Part shown: positions 25,132 through 37,660 of the stretch, piece after piece
Position numbering within the stretch: the stretch's first letter is position 1
Layout of the letters: each line of letters opens with the position of its first letter
Origin: Octopus bimaculoides
Taxonomy: Eukaryota
NCBI RefSeq assembly: GCF_001194135.2
Contig: NC_068981.1
Coordinates: 166,106,780-166,170,779, forward strand
Reading direction: 5' to 3'
DNA: 64,000 bases
Notes under the pieces: generated by a model
What the model was told of the DNA's origin: nothing
The model's input: the letters and a program-made list of their open reading frames with translations, nothing else
Database searches by the model: none
Position numbers and translations under genes: made by a program

Positions 25132-25343
25132 CCCTTTAGCATTCAAATTATTCTATCTACTATAATACTTATTTATCCATATTGTTTTAACCTAATCATG
25201 CATTATTTCGTAGCTTCAAGATTTCGATGATGTTATCACCTATTTTTAGAATGACATAGGTTGGTGTGAGATACAAAATCTGGGCAGTTTTAACATAAAA
25301 CAGATTATTTGGGCTGGATATGGCCGGTTTTAACACTAAAGGG
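25132..25343. mobile_element. piggyBac-like MITE, family 1
   Basis: TTAA|CCCTTTAGCATT ... AACACTAAAGGG|TTAA. Confidence 0.8.
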
Positions 25344-25512
25344 TTAATATCTCCACCACTACCACCAGCTCATCCTAAGGTGTTTAACAAAATCAACTGT
25401 TGCAAGCATTCAAGCCAGACTTCCAGCTGGAGGATAATGTTCTGTCTCATGCCTGTACCCTTCTTCCTCAGATCAAATTAAAAAAAAAAAAAGAAAAAAA
25501 GGAAGTCCTTAC

Positions 25513-25688
25513 GTTAGACGAATTCCATCTCGTAGATCAACAGCAAGGTTAGAAACTGCATAATCAAATTCATGCAAAGGTGTCTGGACATAGCTGACAG
25601 TGTATCCAAAATAAGACAAATGACGAGTAACATCACCTTCACCTTTAAGAAATTCCCTCGCTATATTATAGAGAAGGTTTTTGCTTGC
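25513..25688 (-). CDS. ASPM: ASPM coding exon 7 (ASKNLL...FLKGEGDVTRHL...VQTPLHEFDYAVSNLAVDLRDGIRLT), start of calponin-homology domain 1
   Basis: Conserved GEGD..RHL and EFDxAVxNLAVDLxxGxRL motifs. Acceptor ttccacag|, donor AC|GTAAGG, phase 0-2. Confidence 0.95.
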
Positions 25689-26318
25689 CTGTGGAAATAA
25701 GAAAAATACATCAGCGACATTAGCAACAGAGATAAAATGTTTACATTCTAAGCTTGTACAGATATTAAAGTAACATTTTCCCCTCCATTATACAAATATT
25801 TTTCTTAACATTTTAACCAAAAAAATAACAGACTAAAAAGAAAAACTGAGCAAACCAGTTTTGGGATTAAGATGTGGAACTAACCAAATAGTTGAGAGTT
25901 CAAATTTTCCAACAAATTTTGTTTTCACTCTTGAACAAACTATAGATGGCCACAGGTTTTAATAATTGTTTAAAAGTTAAAAGTAAGAGAATTTAGTTCT
26001 AAGAATCCTCACAGGGTGGAAAAATACATGTAAAAACAAAGACAGAAAAGAGTATTCACATCAGTGATATTAAGAAATTATAATCTCTTAACAAGAGTCA
26101 CATGATAATTGAACTAGTATCCAGTTAGTCATTTACAATTACATTAATTGTATACCCCAAATAAATTGTTTACTATAAAGAGAAACAAAACATGGATAGC
26201 TGACTAATACCATTATGGGGGAAATGTTAGAAAAAAAATTTCAAACGGAGTAAAAGATATGCTAAAACAATCCTAAACACGGAGACAAAAAGTATTAACT
26301 GAAAGGGTTTGAGCTTGC

Positions 26319-26449
26319 CTTGATTTCAGCATCTTTGCAGAAAAGACAGGGATCATGTTCTATGAGGCGCTTCCTTTTAGCGTAATCCAGAAAGAAAACC
26401 AGAATCAAATACTTTTTCAAGGTATGTTTAGAGAGGGCCTCTTGGTAAC
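26319..26449 (-). CDS. ASPM: ASPM coding exon 6 ([44 protein letters not shown]), ending at a GC donor
   Basis: Manual translation matches the conserved [16 protein letters not shown] motif. Acceptor tttgtcag|, non-canonical donor AAG|GCAAGC, phase 1-0. Confidence 0.92.
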
Positions 26450-26844
26450 CTGACAAAGATGCAAAATGTTAAAACAATAGATTTACTTCAAAGAGAATAC
26501 AGATGTAACAAAACATTGTTTAAATGCTCAAAAGAGCTGAGTAACAGGCAGTTCATCTCATTTATGGCATTAGCTAAATCTAACACTGCAGTGGTTTCCA
26601 TAGCAAGAAACAATTCTTACTTCTTTAGTCCACCCAGCCATTTGAAACAGATGCTATGAAGAAGCACATCTCACCAGCACAAACATTGTAAATGATCAGT
26701 TTGGTTAGCATGCAGTGCTGTGCTCAAATTGACTCATTAATAAATCACACCACAAAATGATATTCTATTTAAGAGAATTGTAACATCATAGAAACAAGAA
26801 TAAACTCTCTCCACTACCATTGACACGTCTATAATAGAAACAAA

Positions 26845-27205
26845 TATAGCTGTGTGGTAAGAAGCTTGTTTCCCAACTACATGGTTCCAGGTTCAGTCCC
26901 ATTGCATGGCACCTTGGGCAAGTGTCTTTTAGTATAGCCTCAGAGCAACCAAAGCCTTGTGAATGGATTTGGTAAATAGAAACTGAAAAGTCTATTGTGT
27001 GCGTGTTCATTCTCTACCTCCCACTTGACAACCAGTGTTGATGTGTTTATGTTCCCATAACTTCGAGGTCTGACAAGAGAGACCAATAGAATAAGTACTA
27101 GGCTTTAAAAAAAAAGTCCTGAGGTTGATTTGTTTGACTAAAATTCCCTTCAAGGTGGTGCCTCCAGCATGGCTGCAGTCAAATGATTGAAATAAGTAAA
27201 AGATA
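26845..27205 (+). mobile_element. SINE family B copy
   Basis: Consensus match. Confidence 0.85.
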
Positions 27206-27292
27206 GATAATCTTTCTTAAAAACTTTTTCATACAGAAATGCTAAGAAATGGAAAGAATTAAGGCAAAAATCTGAAGTTAATGTAACGCTAC

Positions 27293-27434
27293 CTTCTCTG
27301 TAAAGATGTGGCACTGTAGGATGAGCATACCGATTGGCAATGTCAGGGTTTCCAAGTAAGCGAGTAACAATAAACCTTGACAGGCCCAAGAAGTCAGTAT
27401 TGGAATCAATAAGCAAGATTTCTCCAAACACCAT
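27293..27434 (-). CDS. ASPM: ASPM coding exon 5 (MVFGEILL...LLGNPDIANRYAHPTVPHLYREG)
   Basis: Conserved NPDIAxxYxHPTVPHLYR motif. Acceptor ttacag|, donor GAAG|GTAGCG, phase 0-1. Confidence 0.95.
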
Positions 27435-27714
27435 CTGTAATAGATCAAATATCACTAAAACATCAAAAGATAAAATACACACCAATTAAATTTATGTCAA
27501 TGTGGGTTGAAGAGATCTTAAGTACAGCACCTTCCGGCCTGCATAACTGGACATTAAGGTTTCTATAATTATGATAAAAAAACCCATACTTTGATTTTAA
27601 AAAAAAAACTATAAAATTGGATTTGGCCCTTGGATGTTGCCAGATTTTTTTTTTTTCTTTTTTAATTTGAAGAGAATGGGATATACTTTTGTATTTAAAT
27701 GAAATTTAAAATTT

Positions 27715-28062
27715 CGTGGCTTTGTGGTAAGAAGTTTGCTTCCCAACCACATGGTTCTGAGTGGAGTCCTGTTTGACCCTTTGGGCAAGTGTCTTCTACT
27801 ACAGTCTCATACTGATCAAAGTCTTCTGAGTAGAGTTGATAGACAGAAACTGAAAGAAGCCAGTCTTGTGTATGTCCATCCGACACCACCACATGATAAC
27901 CATTATTGGTTTGTTTACATCCCCGTAACTTACCGGTTCAGCAAAATAGACTGAAAGAATAAATAAGGCTTTAAAAAAAATGTTCTGGGGTCAATTCATT
28001 CGACTGAAAGCTCTTGAAGGCAGTGCCCTACCATAGTCACAGTCTAATGACAAACAAGTAAA
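27715..28062 (+). mobile_element. SINE family B copy
   Basis: Diverged consensus match. Confidence 0.8.
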
Positions 28063-28149
28063 AAAAAATAATTCTTACATTTTCTTTAAGTGGTAATCAA
28101 TTCTGAAAAATTAGGATGGTGGGGAGGGAAAGCAAATAGAAGTACCAAC

Positions 28150-28451
28150 CTCTAACCCAATTCGCAACCACAAGGAATTGTATGAGAGAATCCAGTTCAA
28201 GATCATCTGTTTCAAACCGATATCAGCATGCACAGGACGATCTTTCCTCATGACCAATCTCTGACTGTCGATTTCCACCTCAAGCCGCTGGACAACTTTT
28301 ACTACGTCCTCAGTTTGAAACATTTTACAGGACAGTTTCCGCAGTCTGTTAAGTCTCTTGCGTGCAGCATAAGCTTCGAAGCTCAACACCTCTTTGGATG
28401 GAGCAAGTCGTGCTTCTTGTTTGGTACTGAACAGTAACGATTTAGCATCAA
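28150..28451 (-). CDS. ASPM: ASPM coding exon 4 (VDAKSLL...RKDRPVHADIGLKQMILNWILSYNSLWLRIGLE)
   Basis: ORF 28111-28389 carries the conserved LSYNxLWLRIGLE motif. Acceptor ttttctag|, donor GAG|GTTGGT, phase 1-0. Confidence 0.95.
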
Positions 28452-29159
28452 CTAGAAAACAGGAATCAAAAACAATGTTTAGGAAGTAAAATATTACAAA
28501 ACATGTCGATTGGAACTGTACTAGAAAAAAAAAAAAAATTTCTTTCTTGTATTGAAATATTATTGGTCAGAAGTTCAGAGCTTGCTACAACAAACAGCTA
28601 TGTCTTCAAACTAAGAGCATCACTGCCAACTTTATTTTGTCTGTATAGAAAATAAAGCAGCTGAGTTTGATTTCTACATTATGATGGTATGATTACAAAT
28701 AGAATATCCATCTGTATAGATGAACTTGTAGTAATAAGCAACCACTTTCCATGCTGGCATGGGCTGGACAAGATATCACAATCCAAGTCAGTTCTTATTT
28801 AGACTTACTACCCTCCTAGATCAGGCAAGGGACCACATTTCTGTCATATTTATCTCTGACAAGGTTTCTGCAATTGGATGCCCTTCCTAACACCGAGTTT
28901 ATAGAGTTTACTAGAAGCAATTTATTATGACTACAGCACTAGTGAGATTGCCTTGTCCTTCAGAAGGCAAAAGGATCCTCACTGCAACATTGCCAACAGG
29001 AACTGGGATGACAGTATGGAAGAGGAGAGAAAATGAGAGAGACATACTGGAAAGATTAATGAAGAATGACTAATTGAAAGTACATGTTTACTGGTAAGTT
29101 AAGAGATCTTACTAAAATCCTGAACAAAGATACACAAAAATAAGACCATATCGAATTAC

Positions 29160-29306
29160 CTTTGACACATTTTCTGATTTTGTATTCTTCAACAGGAGTT
29201 AAGATGTAGTTGAACCAATGAGTAAAACTCCATTCTTGTTTCTGCATCCATCTTTCATCATAATAGATATTCTTACTAGCAAATGGCATAGGATGTTTTG
29301 GAATAA
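29160..29306 (-). CDS. ASPM: ASPM coding exon 3 ([38 protein letters not shown]...)
   Basis: Hallmark ASPM motif PMPFAxKNxYYDERW. Acceptor tttatcag|, donor AAAG|GTAATT, phase 1-1. Confidence 0.95.
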
Positions 29307-29849
29307 CTGATAAAGAAAAAAGGAAAATATGTGAAAATTAATAACAGCTTTTATTTTAATTCATCTGCTTATAAATTACAGAACCTTGTGGTATTAAAAT
29401 AGATATACTCATGTATCCTACCCAGCACTGTCACAGAAAACACTACAGTTTTAAAAAGTGCAATTTCAAATGAGGGAAAGATTAAACAATAATTATACAA
29501 TTATATAACTTTTTCCATGGGTTGGATGGTTTGACAGGAGGTGGCAAGCCAGGGACCTGCACCAGGCTCCAGATGTCTGTTTTGGCATAGTTTCTATGGA
29601 TGGATACCCTTCCTAATGCCAACCACTTTACAGAGTGTATTGGGTGTTTTTTACATGGCACCAGCACATTGACGTATTAGAAAAAAGAAAAACAGCATCA
29701 GACATCAATGGACAATTGGAATCATTTAAAAAACAAATTACATTTTTACCAAAATTTGCATACATAGCTATTTTAAATTACTAAAACTTGATTAAAAAGC
29801 AGGTTCGTTTGTTTATTTCATTTTGCAATTGTTTTTTTATGTTAGCACA

Positions 29850-30075
29850 GCTTAGACGTGTGCACACAATTGCATAAATGCACATACAAGTGCATAAGTG
29901 CATATGTGAGTGCATAAATGCACACACAAGTGCATAACAATTGCATAAGTGTGCATGTAAGTGCATAGGTGCGCACACACAAGTGTATAAGTGCGCACAC
30001 ACACACACACAAGTATACACACAAATACACACATACATACATACATAAGTACACACACACACACACACATACATG
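29850..30075. repeat. Compound (GTGCAT/CA/TACA) microsatellite
   Basis: Directly visible. Confidence 0.9.
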
Positions 30076-30287
30076 CACTGTCACTTTCTCAGATGCAGCA
30101 TGGAATTTTGTCAGTGAACAGGTCGCAGTCTCAAAGCAACGAAAATATTTTGGCAAATTAAATTTAAATGTTGAAGTGAATCTAACGCTTTTTGTATTTC
30201 TTAAAAGGCTTATAAACACCTTTCACGCTGCAATAAAACATACACACACACACATTATATATATATAATGTGTGGCATATAAATGGT

Positions 30288-30437
30288 TGGCGTTAGGAAG
30301 GGCATCCAGCTGTAGAAACTCTGCCAAATCAGACTGGAGCCTGGTGTTGCCATCCGGTTTCACCAGTCCTCAGTCAAATCGTCCAACCCATGCTAGCATG
30401 GAAAGCGGACGTTAAACGATGATGATGATGATGATGA
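30288..30437 (+). mobile_element. Short RTE 3'-end repeat copy with (GAT)n tail
   Basis: Tail-only, near-consensus copy. Confidence 0.85.
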
Positions 30438-30604
30438 TATTACTCCATAACGTGGATTTGTGGTAAGAAGCTTGCTTCTCAACCTCATGGTTTCAGATCA
30501 GTTTCCTTGCATGACACCTTGGGCAAGTGCCTACTACTATAACCCTGGGTCAAACAAAGACTTGAGTGGATTTAGTGGACAGGAGCCAAAGAAAAAAACC
30601 CATC

Positions 30605-30650
<46 letters not shown>

Positions 30651-31144
30651 NNNNNNNNNNNNNNNNNNNNNNNNNNNNNNNNNNNNNNNNNNNNNNNNNN
30701 NNNNNNNNNNNNNNNNNNNNNNNNNNNNNNNNNNNNNNNNNNNNNNNNNNNNNNNNNNNNNNNNNNNNNNNNNNNNNNNNNNNNNNNNNNNNNNNNNNNN
30801 NNNNNNNNNNNNNNNNNNNNNNNNNNNNNNNNNNNNNNNNNNNNNNNNNNNNNNNNNNNNNNNNNNNNNNNNNNNNNNNNNNNNNNNNNNNNNNNNNNNN
30901 NNNNNNNNNNNNNNNNNNNNNNNNNNNNNNNNNNNNNNNNNNNNNNNNNNNNNNNNNNNNNNNNNNNNNNNNNNNAAAAAAAAAAAAAAAAAGTACTACA
31001 TAGAAAGACACTGAGTTTTAATACCACCAGCAGTAATTTCAATTGGCTTAGCTGTATGGCAATTTTAAGTTAAAATTCCATTATCAAAACAATATATTTT
31101 TTAACAGGTTTCTGCAAAAATTGTTACAAATCAATGAAACTTAC

Positions 31145-31228
31145 CAGTTTTCTCTCTCTTGCCTAAAATCAGTCTGCTCTGAGCCACAGCTGGCTTCTTG
31201 GGAGACAAAGCCGGTCTTCTCTTCATTT
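31145..31228 (-). CDS. ASPM: ASPM coding exon 2 (EMKRRPALSPKKPAVAQSRLILGKREKT)
   Basis: Acceptor cattacag|, donor ACTG|GTAAGT, 84 nt, phase 1-1, open frame. VAQSRLIL lies just before the PKHPMPFA block. Confidence 0.75.
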
Positions 31229-31465
31229 CTGTAATGAAATGGGACCAATTATTTACAGCTATATTATAATAGGTGTTAGATGTGTGGGGATATCATATTG
31301 CAGATCCAGCCTTATTGTGCAAAATAAAAAATTCATATGACTGGAGTGGGGGCTTCATAGCAAATTAAAAACAATGAAGTAAAAGGAAAAATACAATTAT
31401 ATTTATTTCAGTGATAGGACTATGGCTATGATTTGTTCAACTAAAACAGTTTAGAGGGTTTAGTC

Positions 31466-31698
31466 CAGTGGTTCTCAACCATTTTTTGCCTATGAACCCC
31501 TTTAATTCCCATTTTGCTTTACTGGACCCTAATATGCATTTGAGGTTTAAAGAAAGTGCTATTATAATTTGATAAATATTAGAATTGTAAAAAAAATAAT
31601 TTGTGTACTGTAGAAGTATAACCAATTATATGCACAAATTTTAACAATCTTAAATGGACCCCCTTAAGGGCTATGTAGACCCTGGTTGAGAAGCACTG
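31466..31698. mobile_element. hAT (Charlie-like) MITE inserted into a SINE
   Basis: TIRs CAGTGGTTCTCAACC / GGTTGAGAAGCACTG and a perfect 8-bp TSD GTTTAGTC on both sides. Confidence 0.93.
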
Positions 31699-31699
31699 G

Positions 31700-32002
31700 T
31701 TTAGTCCAACAAATCAAAGCCAGGATTTATTTTTAAGTCTAGTACTTATTCCATCTGTCTCTTTTGCCAAACTGACAAATCAAAAGGATGTGAACAAACC
31801 AACACTGCTTTTCGAGAAGTGTGGTGAGCTAACACAGACATATATATACAAAGGGAATCCATAGTGTCCATTAACAAAATTCACTCAAAAGGTATTGGTC
31901 AACCCAAGACTAAAGTAGAAGACATTTGCCCAAGGTGCAACACACAGAACTGAATCAAAACCCATGCAGTTACAAAACAAGTTTCTTAACCACACAGCCA
32001 TG
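31700..32002 (-). mobile_element. SINE family B copy interrupted by the hAT MITE
   Basis: Diverged consensus match continuing on both sides of 31466-31698. Confidence 0.75.
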
Positions 32003-34001
32003 AGTGCACCTAAACAGAAATCCCATACAAATACAAATTACAAGTTTGTCAAATTACCCAAAATTTAAGCTTAGAAACCCAAAAAATATAAATCAGAGTA
32101 CTCCAAAAACAGTTTTGAATATTTCACATGAACAAGCTAATTTTCTGCTAGAGAGACAATTAAAAAATAAATTAAGAAAATGCCATTTAAATCAAACCCC
32201 ACCACCTCAAGAAAAAATATTTCGTCTTCAGACAAAAATATTTCAACACGGATACTGGTGCCACACAAAAAGCCCCCAGTACACTGTAAAGTGGTTGGCA
32301 TTAGCAAGGCCATCCAGCTATAGAAACCATGTCAGAACTGACAATGATACCTAGTGTGGCCCCTGGCCTTACCACCTCCTGTCAAACCATCCAACCAATG
32401 CATGTAAAATAGATGTATGATGATGAATAACATTAACTTTTACAAAATGCTAGTATAATATGCAGCACATTGGAAAGAAGCCTACACAACTAAGGTGGTG
32501 TAAGAAGGCAGCAAAATGGTTCATTGTTGAAGCATCAGATAAGCTTTGCGAAAATTTGTTCAAATTATATTCAGAGTTCAAATCCAAGTCAACTTTGCCT
32601 TTCATCCTTTTGGTCATTGTATTAATATATTTGATCTGGAATGAAGCACAGACTCTCGAGCTAAGATAAATTATATAACCAGTGGTCTGCTATTGCTAAA
32701 AAGGTAACCATGAACAAAATCAATTAGAACAGAAGCTATTAAAATGTGATAGGCTTTTAGATGAGGTTTTAATAAGTAGCTTCTAAAAAAATAAATAGAG
32801 AGTAGATAGAAATAGAGTTTTATAAGCATATCACTCACCTACAGACGATTCCTTAGTAAATCAATGTAATTGAATACTGTAAACTCAAACCTATTAATTA
32901 TTAATTACAATGCAAATAGAGACCATTATGTATATGTTGGTTAATATCCTGTTTGACATGGTCATTACACAACCGATATTTGGAACTCAACAAAACTGCC
33001 ATTGAAAAAGATGAAATCTGAACTAATGCCAACTTGGTAGTTGTTAACTAGCCAAAAGAAAAGCAGTTGTCAAAGAGAAAGACTGCAATATATTTTGATT
33101 GAAAACTAATGATTTCTAATATAAGTACAAGGATACAAATTTGAGAGGAAACAATTATCTCAACCCCAATACTTCATTGATACTTATTTTATGGGTCCCA
33201 AAATGATCTAAATGAAAGTTGACTTTGGCAGGATTTGATGTCAGAACATGAGCAGCAACTAAATACTGCAAAGCATTTTGTCTGTCACTATTGACTGCCA
33301 ATTCATTGGGCTGGATTGAAAAATAAACATTTTAAGTGGCATAGAACACTATTAGCTAATATAAATAGGATTAAAAAATTATGCAATTAAATATTTGATT
33401 AATTGCCATTTTAAATTCAGTGTTAAGTTCAACATTCACTTTTATTGAACTGGTTTACAAGGATATGTTCAAACTGCTCATTAACACCCAACACTTATCC
33501 CATTATGATCCCATAAGGGAATCTATGTAGTCACACTATCAGCTAGAAATAGCAGTTGAACCATAACCCTCCCACACCATAAAAAAATGAAGGTCATACT
33601 GGTTGGTGTAGTTTCATCATCATTTAACACCTGCCTTCCATGCTGGTATGGGTGAGACAGTTTGACAGGAGCTGGCCAGGCAGAAGCCTGCACGATTTTT
33701 ACAGTTGGAGGCCCTTCCTAACACCAACCACCCAGCAGAGTGAACTTAGTGCATTTTACATGGCTACATGTTATATAAATAGATTTGGCATCATTTCTAA
33801 GAACAGCCAAACACCTACTGGGGTTTAAAAATCTTATCCCTACAACCCAAACACAAAATTACTCAAATATCATCATTTCTAAAGATAGATTTGACATCAA
33901 TTCTAAAAATAGCCAAACACCTACTGCTGCTGTCCAAAGGAATTGGTATAAAAGACAGAAAACCAGCCAACTTATTACAGTCTGTTAAAGTCTGTCATAC
34001 C

Positions 34002-34041
34002 GGCCATGACGAAGGGAAATAGCCCTGAAACTCGAGTCGCC
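34002..34041 (+). ncRNA. Minimal type-I hammerhead ribozyme-like motif with one extra base in the core
   Basis: GGC-C[a]TGACGA-AGGG(aaatag)CCCT-GAAA-C(TCGA)G-TC-GCC: stems I, II and III and a GUC cleavage triplet are all present. Confidence 0.55.
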
Positions 34042-37000
34042 TTTATATATTTATATTTATATATTTGATCCTTTATATTGAACACTCAATATTTCATNNN
34101 NNNNNNNNNNNNNNNNNNNNNNNNNNNNNNNNNNNNNNNNNNNNNNNNNNNNNNNNNNNNNNNNNNNNNNNNNNNNNNNNNNNNNNNNNNNNNNNNNNNN
34201 NNNNNNNNNNNNNNNNNNNNNNNNNNNNNNNNNNNNNNNNNNNNNNNNNNNNNNNNNNNNNNNNNNNNNNNNNNNNNNNNNNNNNNNNNNNNNNNNNNNN
34301 NNNNNNNNNNNNNNNNNNNNNNNNNNNNNNNNNNNNNNNNNNNNNNNNNNNNNNNNNNNNNNNNNNNNNNNNNNNNNNNNNNNNNNNNNNNNNNNNNNNN
34401 NNNNNNNNNNNNNNNNNNNNNNNNNNNNNNNNNNNNNNNNNNNNNNNNNNNNNNNNNNNNNNNNNNNNNNNNNNNNNNNNNNNNNNNNNNNNNNNNNNNN
34501 NNNNNNNNNNNNNNNNNNNNNNNNNNNNNNNNNNNNNNNNNNNNNNNNNNNNNNNNNNNNNNNNNNNNNNNNNNNNNNNNNNNNNNNNNNNNNNNNNNNN
34601 NNNNNNNNNNNNNNNNNNNNNNNNNNNNNNNNNNNNNNNNNNNNNNNNNNNNNNNNNNNNNNNNNNNNNNNNNNNNNNNNNNNNNNNNNNNNNNNNNNNN
34701 NNNNNNNNNNNNNNNNNNNNNNNNNNNNNNNNNNNNNNNNNNNNNNNNNNNNNNNNNNNNNNNNNNNNNNNNNNNNNNNNNNNNNNNNNNNNNNNNNNNN
34801 NNNNNNNNNNNNNNNNNNNNNNNNNNNNNNNNNNNNNNNNNNNNNNNNNNNNNNNNNNNNNNNNNNNNNNNNNNNNNNNNNNNNNNNNNNNNNNNNNNNN
34901 CATACATACTTTTCTTTGTATGACGGCCTGTCTTTGATTATGTTCTTATATGTCGCATTCACACTCACACACAGACATACATTTTAACGCCATAATAAAT
35001 ATCACTGTTATTCATCTTATATGGTTGTGGTCATTCATTACTGGTCATCTATGTTATCGTCGTATAACATATCATGTATATCATCATTTGATATATATTT
35101 TTGTGTTCGACCGTGTGACACGTTTAAATAAAAGGAGTCCTCTGTTTCTTCCATTCGTCACCATATCTCCTTTTTGAGTTCGCACGGTCGTTCCTTACAA
35201 ATATAAATAAAACATAAAAAACAGACAGTGTTGGAACTCTTTTAAACAAAATAATATATTCCTCTATACACAATCATACAAAAAACCCACCTTTTTTTGT
35301 ATTTATTTTTACTCGCATATATATATATATATATATCCCAAACTACATTAACCAGTATTAAAAAAGTGAATGCTAGAACTCATGATCAAAGTTGACTTTG
35401 AGCTAAACAACTACTACCACCACCAACCAATCCTACAATGTTAGAATTATAAATTAATTGTAATTTTCTACATTATTTCTATACAGAAATAATCTTTTGT
35501 ACTATAGGTACAAGGCATGACATTTTTGGGGAGGGGTTAGTCAATTACATTAACCCCACAGTGCTCAAATGGTCCTTATTTTATCAACTCCAAAAGCGAT
35601 TACATTGACCCCACAGTACTCAACTCGTCCTTATTTCATCGACACTGAAAGGATGAAAGGCAAAGTCAAACTCAAAATGTAACAATTTTTCTGGCACTTT
35701 TTCTGGCATGCTAACAATTATGCCAGTTCAATCACCTTGATAATAATGCAGCCTGTGTAACTAACCAACAAAAAAGGTTGGAATAAACAGCAGCTTTTGA
35801 TTTCTACCAGTCTACAATTTTCTCTTATACATTAGCATAGATGGAATAATGTTCACAAATTTGACAGATCTTTGTTGTCTGAGGTATTGTTTTTACAGTT
35901 TAATGCCTTTCCCAGTGCTGACCAATCAACTGTGAAGCAAGGGTGGAACAAGGCACACAGCTTAACTGCTTTGTTACCATATTTCTTCTGTGTTTTAATT
36001 AATAAAATATCAAAAAAATGGGAGGATTTATTAAAATAATTGTCCATTCAAAGATGGTGTTTGGACTATAACTTATGGGGATCTTACATAAAATTATGAG
36101 AGAGTGTTTTAGTTTGAACACGAACACTTTGAAGCAGGTAAAACTAAAGTATCTCAAGAGTTAGGACAAAAATAATCCTTTCAGTATAAATCCACTTGCT
36201 CTATGATATAAACCATGTTTAAAAGTAACCTAAAAACCTTCCATCAAATTTTCATGTTAATTTATGTTCCAAAGACCAGATTAATAATGACAAAGTGATT
36301 CTAAGTTCTTCATTTCCAAAATAAACTGAAACAAAAGCAGTGTATTTCTACATAAATATGATAGTGAAAGGGTTATATATTTAATGCAGGGAGCATTTTA
36401 AAATACTATAAATAGTGATGAGTGGGGTGGATATTAATTAGTCAATGGTTTTAAGATTTATTTTTCCAACAAGTATAGAAGATAACTCTGAATTAAGTAA
36501 AACATAACTTTCATTGCAGACATCCTGATGAAGTGATGAAAGAATCACTGTTTCAAGTTGTACATTGTTAACAAGGAAATTAAAATGACTGCAAAATTAA
36601 ATTCAGAGACCATTCTCATCAAAAATTTTATTAATGCATGGGGCATTAAAATGCTTACTTGAAGTAAATTAAAAAATGTCTTTAACTTTGCCCAAGTGGC
36701 ACAAAACAAGAACTCCAGTAAAACAAACCTCTGGATCAAATGTCAGTAGGACCCTAGGGAACTGCTGAATCTAATGAGAAAAACTGTACCAAAGAAACCA
36801 CAGTCAAACAAACCTCAAACCAAACGCCACTTAAGCCTTCTAATACCATATTTCTGTTAAAATACACTGCTTTTATTTCAATTAATTTTGAAAATAAAAA
36901 ATTTGGTAATTTAACTTTGTCATTAATACATTGATGTTTGGAACATAAATTAAGAAATTTTGACAGGTTTTTAGATTTCTTTAAAACAGGAAATTTGAAT

Positions 37001-37251
37001 CAGAACTACAGGTGGTTTTGGGTGAGTTGGTATTAAAAGGGTTAAAGAAAGGGCCACTAGGTAAAGTAGTCAGATATACAAAACGGGAGGTTGGACAGGG
37101 GTGAACTGTCAGACTATAGTCACAGGTATGGCTGTGGGGTTAGAACATTCACTTTGCAATAATGTGGTTCCAGAATTGGCCCCACTGAGCCTTACAACTG
37201 AAATTTTGGTGGTCAGAAGCCTATCTGATGTATTGATACACATCTACAGGT

Positions 37252-37660
37252 GCAGGCATAGCCATGTGGTAAGAAGTTTGCTTCCAAACCACATAATTCT
37301 AGGATCAGGCTCACTGTGTGGCACTCTGGACAAGTGTCTTCTATAGTCCTGGGCCAACCAAAGCCTTGCGAGTGAATTTGGTAGATGGAAACAAAGAAGC
37401 CCGTCATGTATGTAAGTGTGTGCGTGCGTGTGCGATATACACAAACACGTATATATTATATATATATGTCTGTGTCCCCACCACCACCACCACTTGACAA
37501 CCAATGTTGGTGTGTTTACATCCCCATAACAGTTCAGCAAAAGGGGCTGATAGAATAAATGCCAAGCCTAAAAGGAAAAAATAAGAACTGGGGTAGATTC
37601 CTTCAACTAAACTTCAAGGCAGTGATTCAGCACATCTGCAGTCTAATGGCTGGAACAAGC
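37252..37660 (+). mobile_element. SINE family B copy
   Basis: Consensus match. A second copy follows at ~37990-38310. Confidence 0.8.

Noticed and set aside
29781-30268. ORFs rich in CV/HT/YI dipeptides (also at 51834-52478 and 62074-62978)
   Set aside because: Translations of microsatellites.
36525-36554. CTGATGA followed by a 6-bp hairpin (AGTGAT/ATCACT), resembling a hammerhead
   Set aside because: The hairpin is followed by GTTTC rather than GAAA, and there is no stem III or cleavage triplet.
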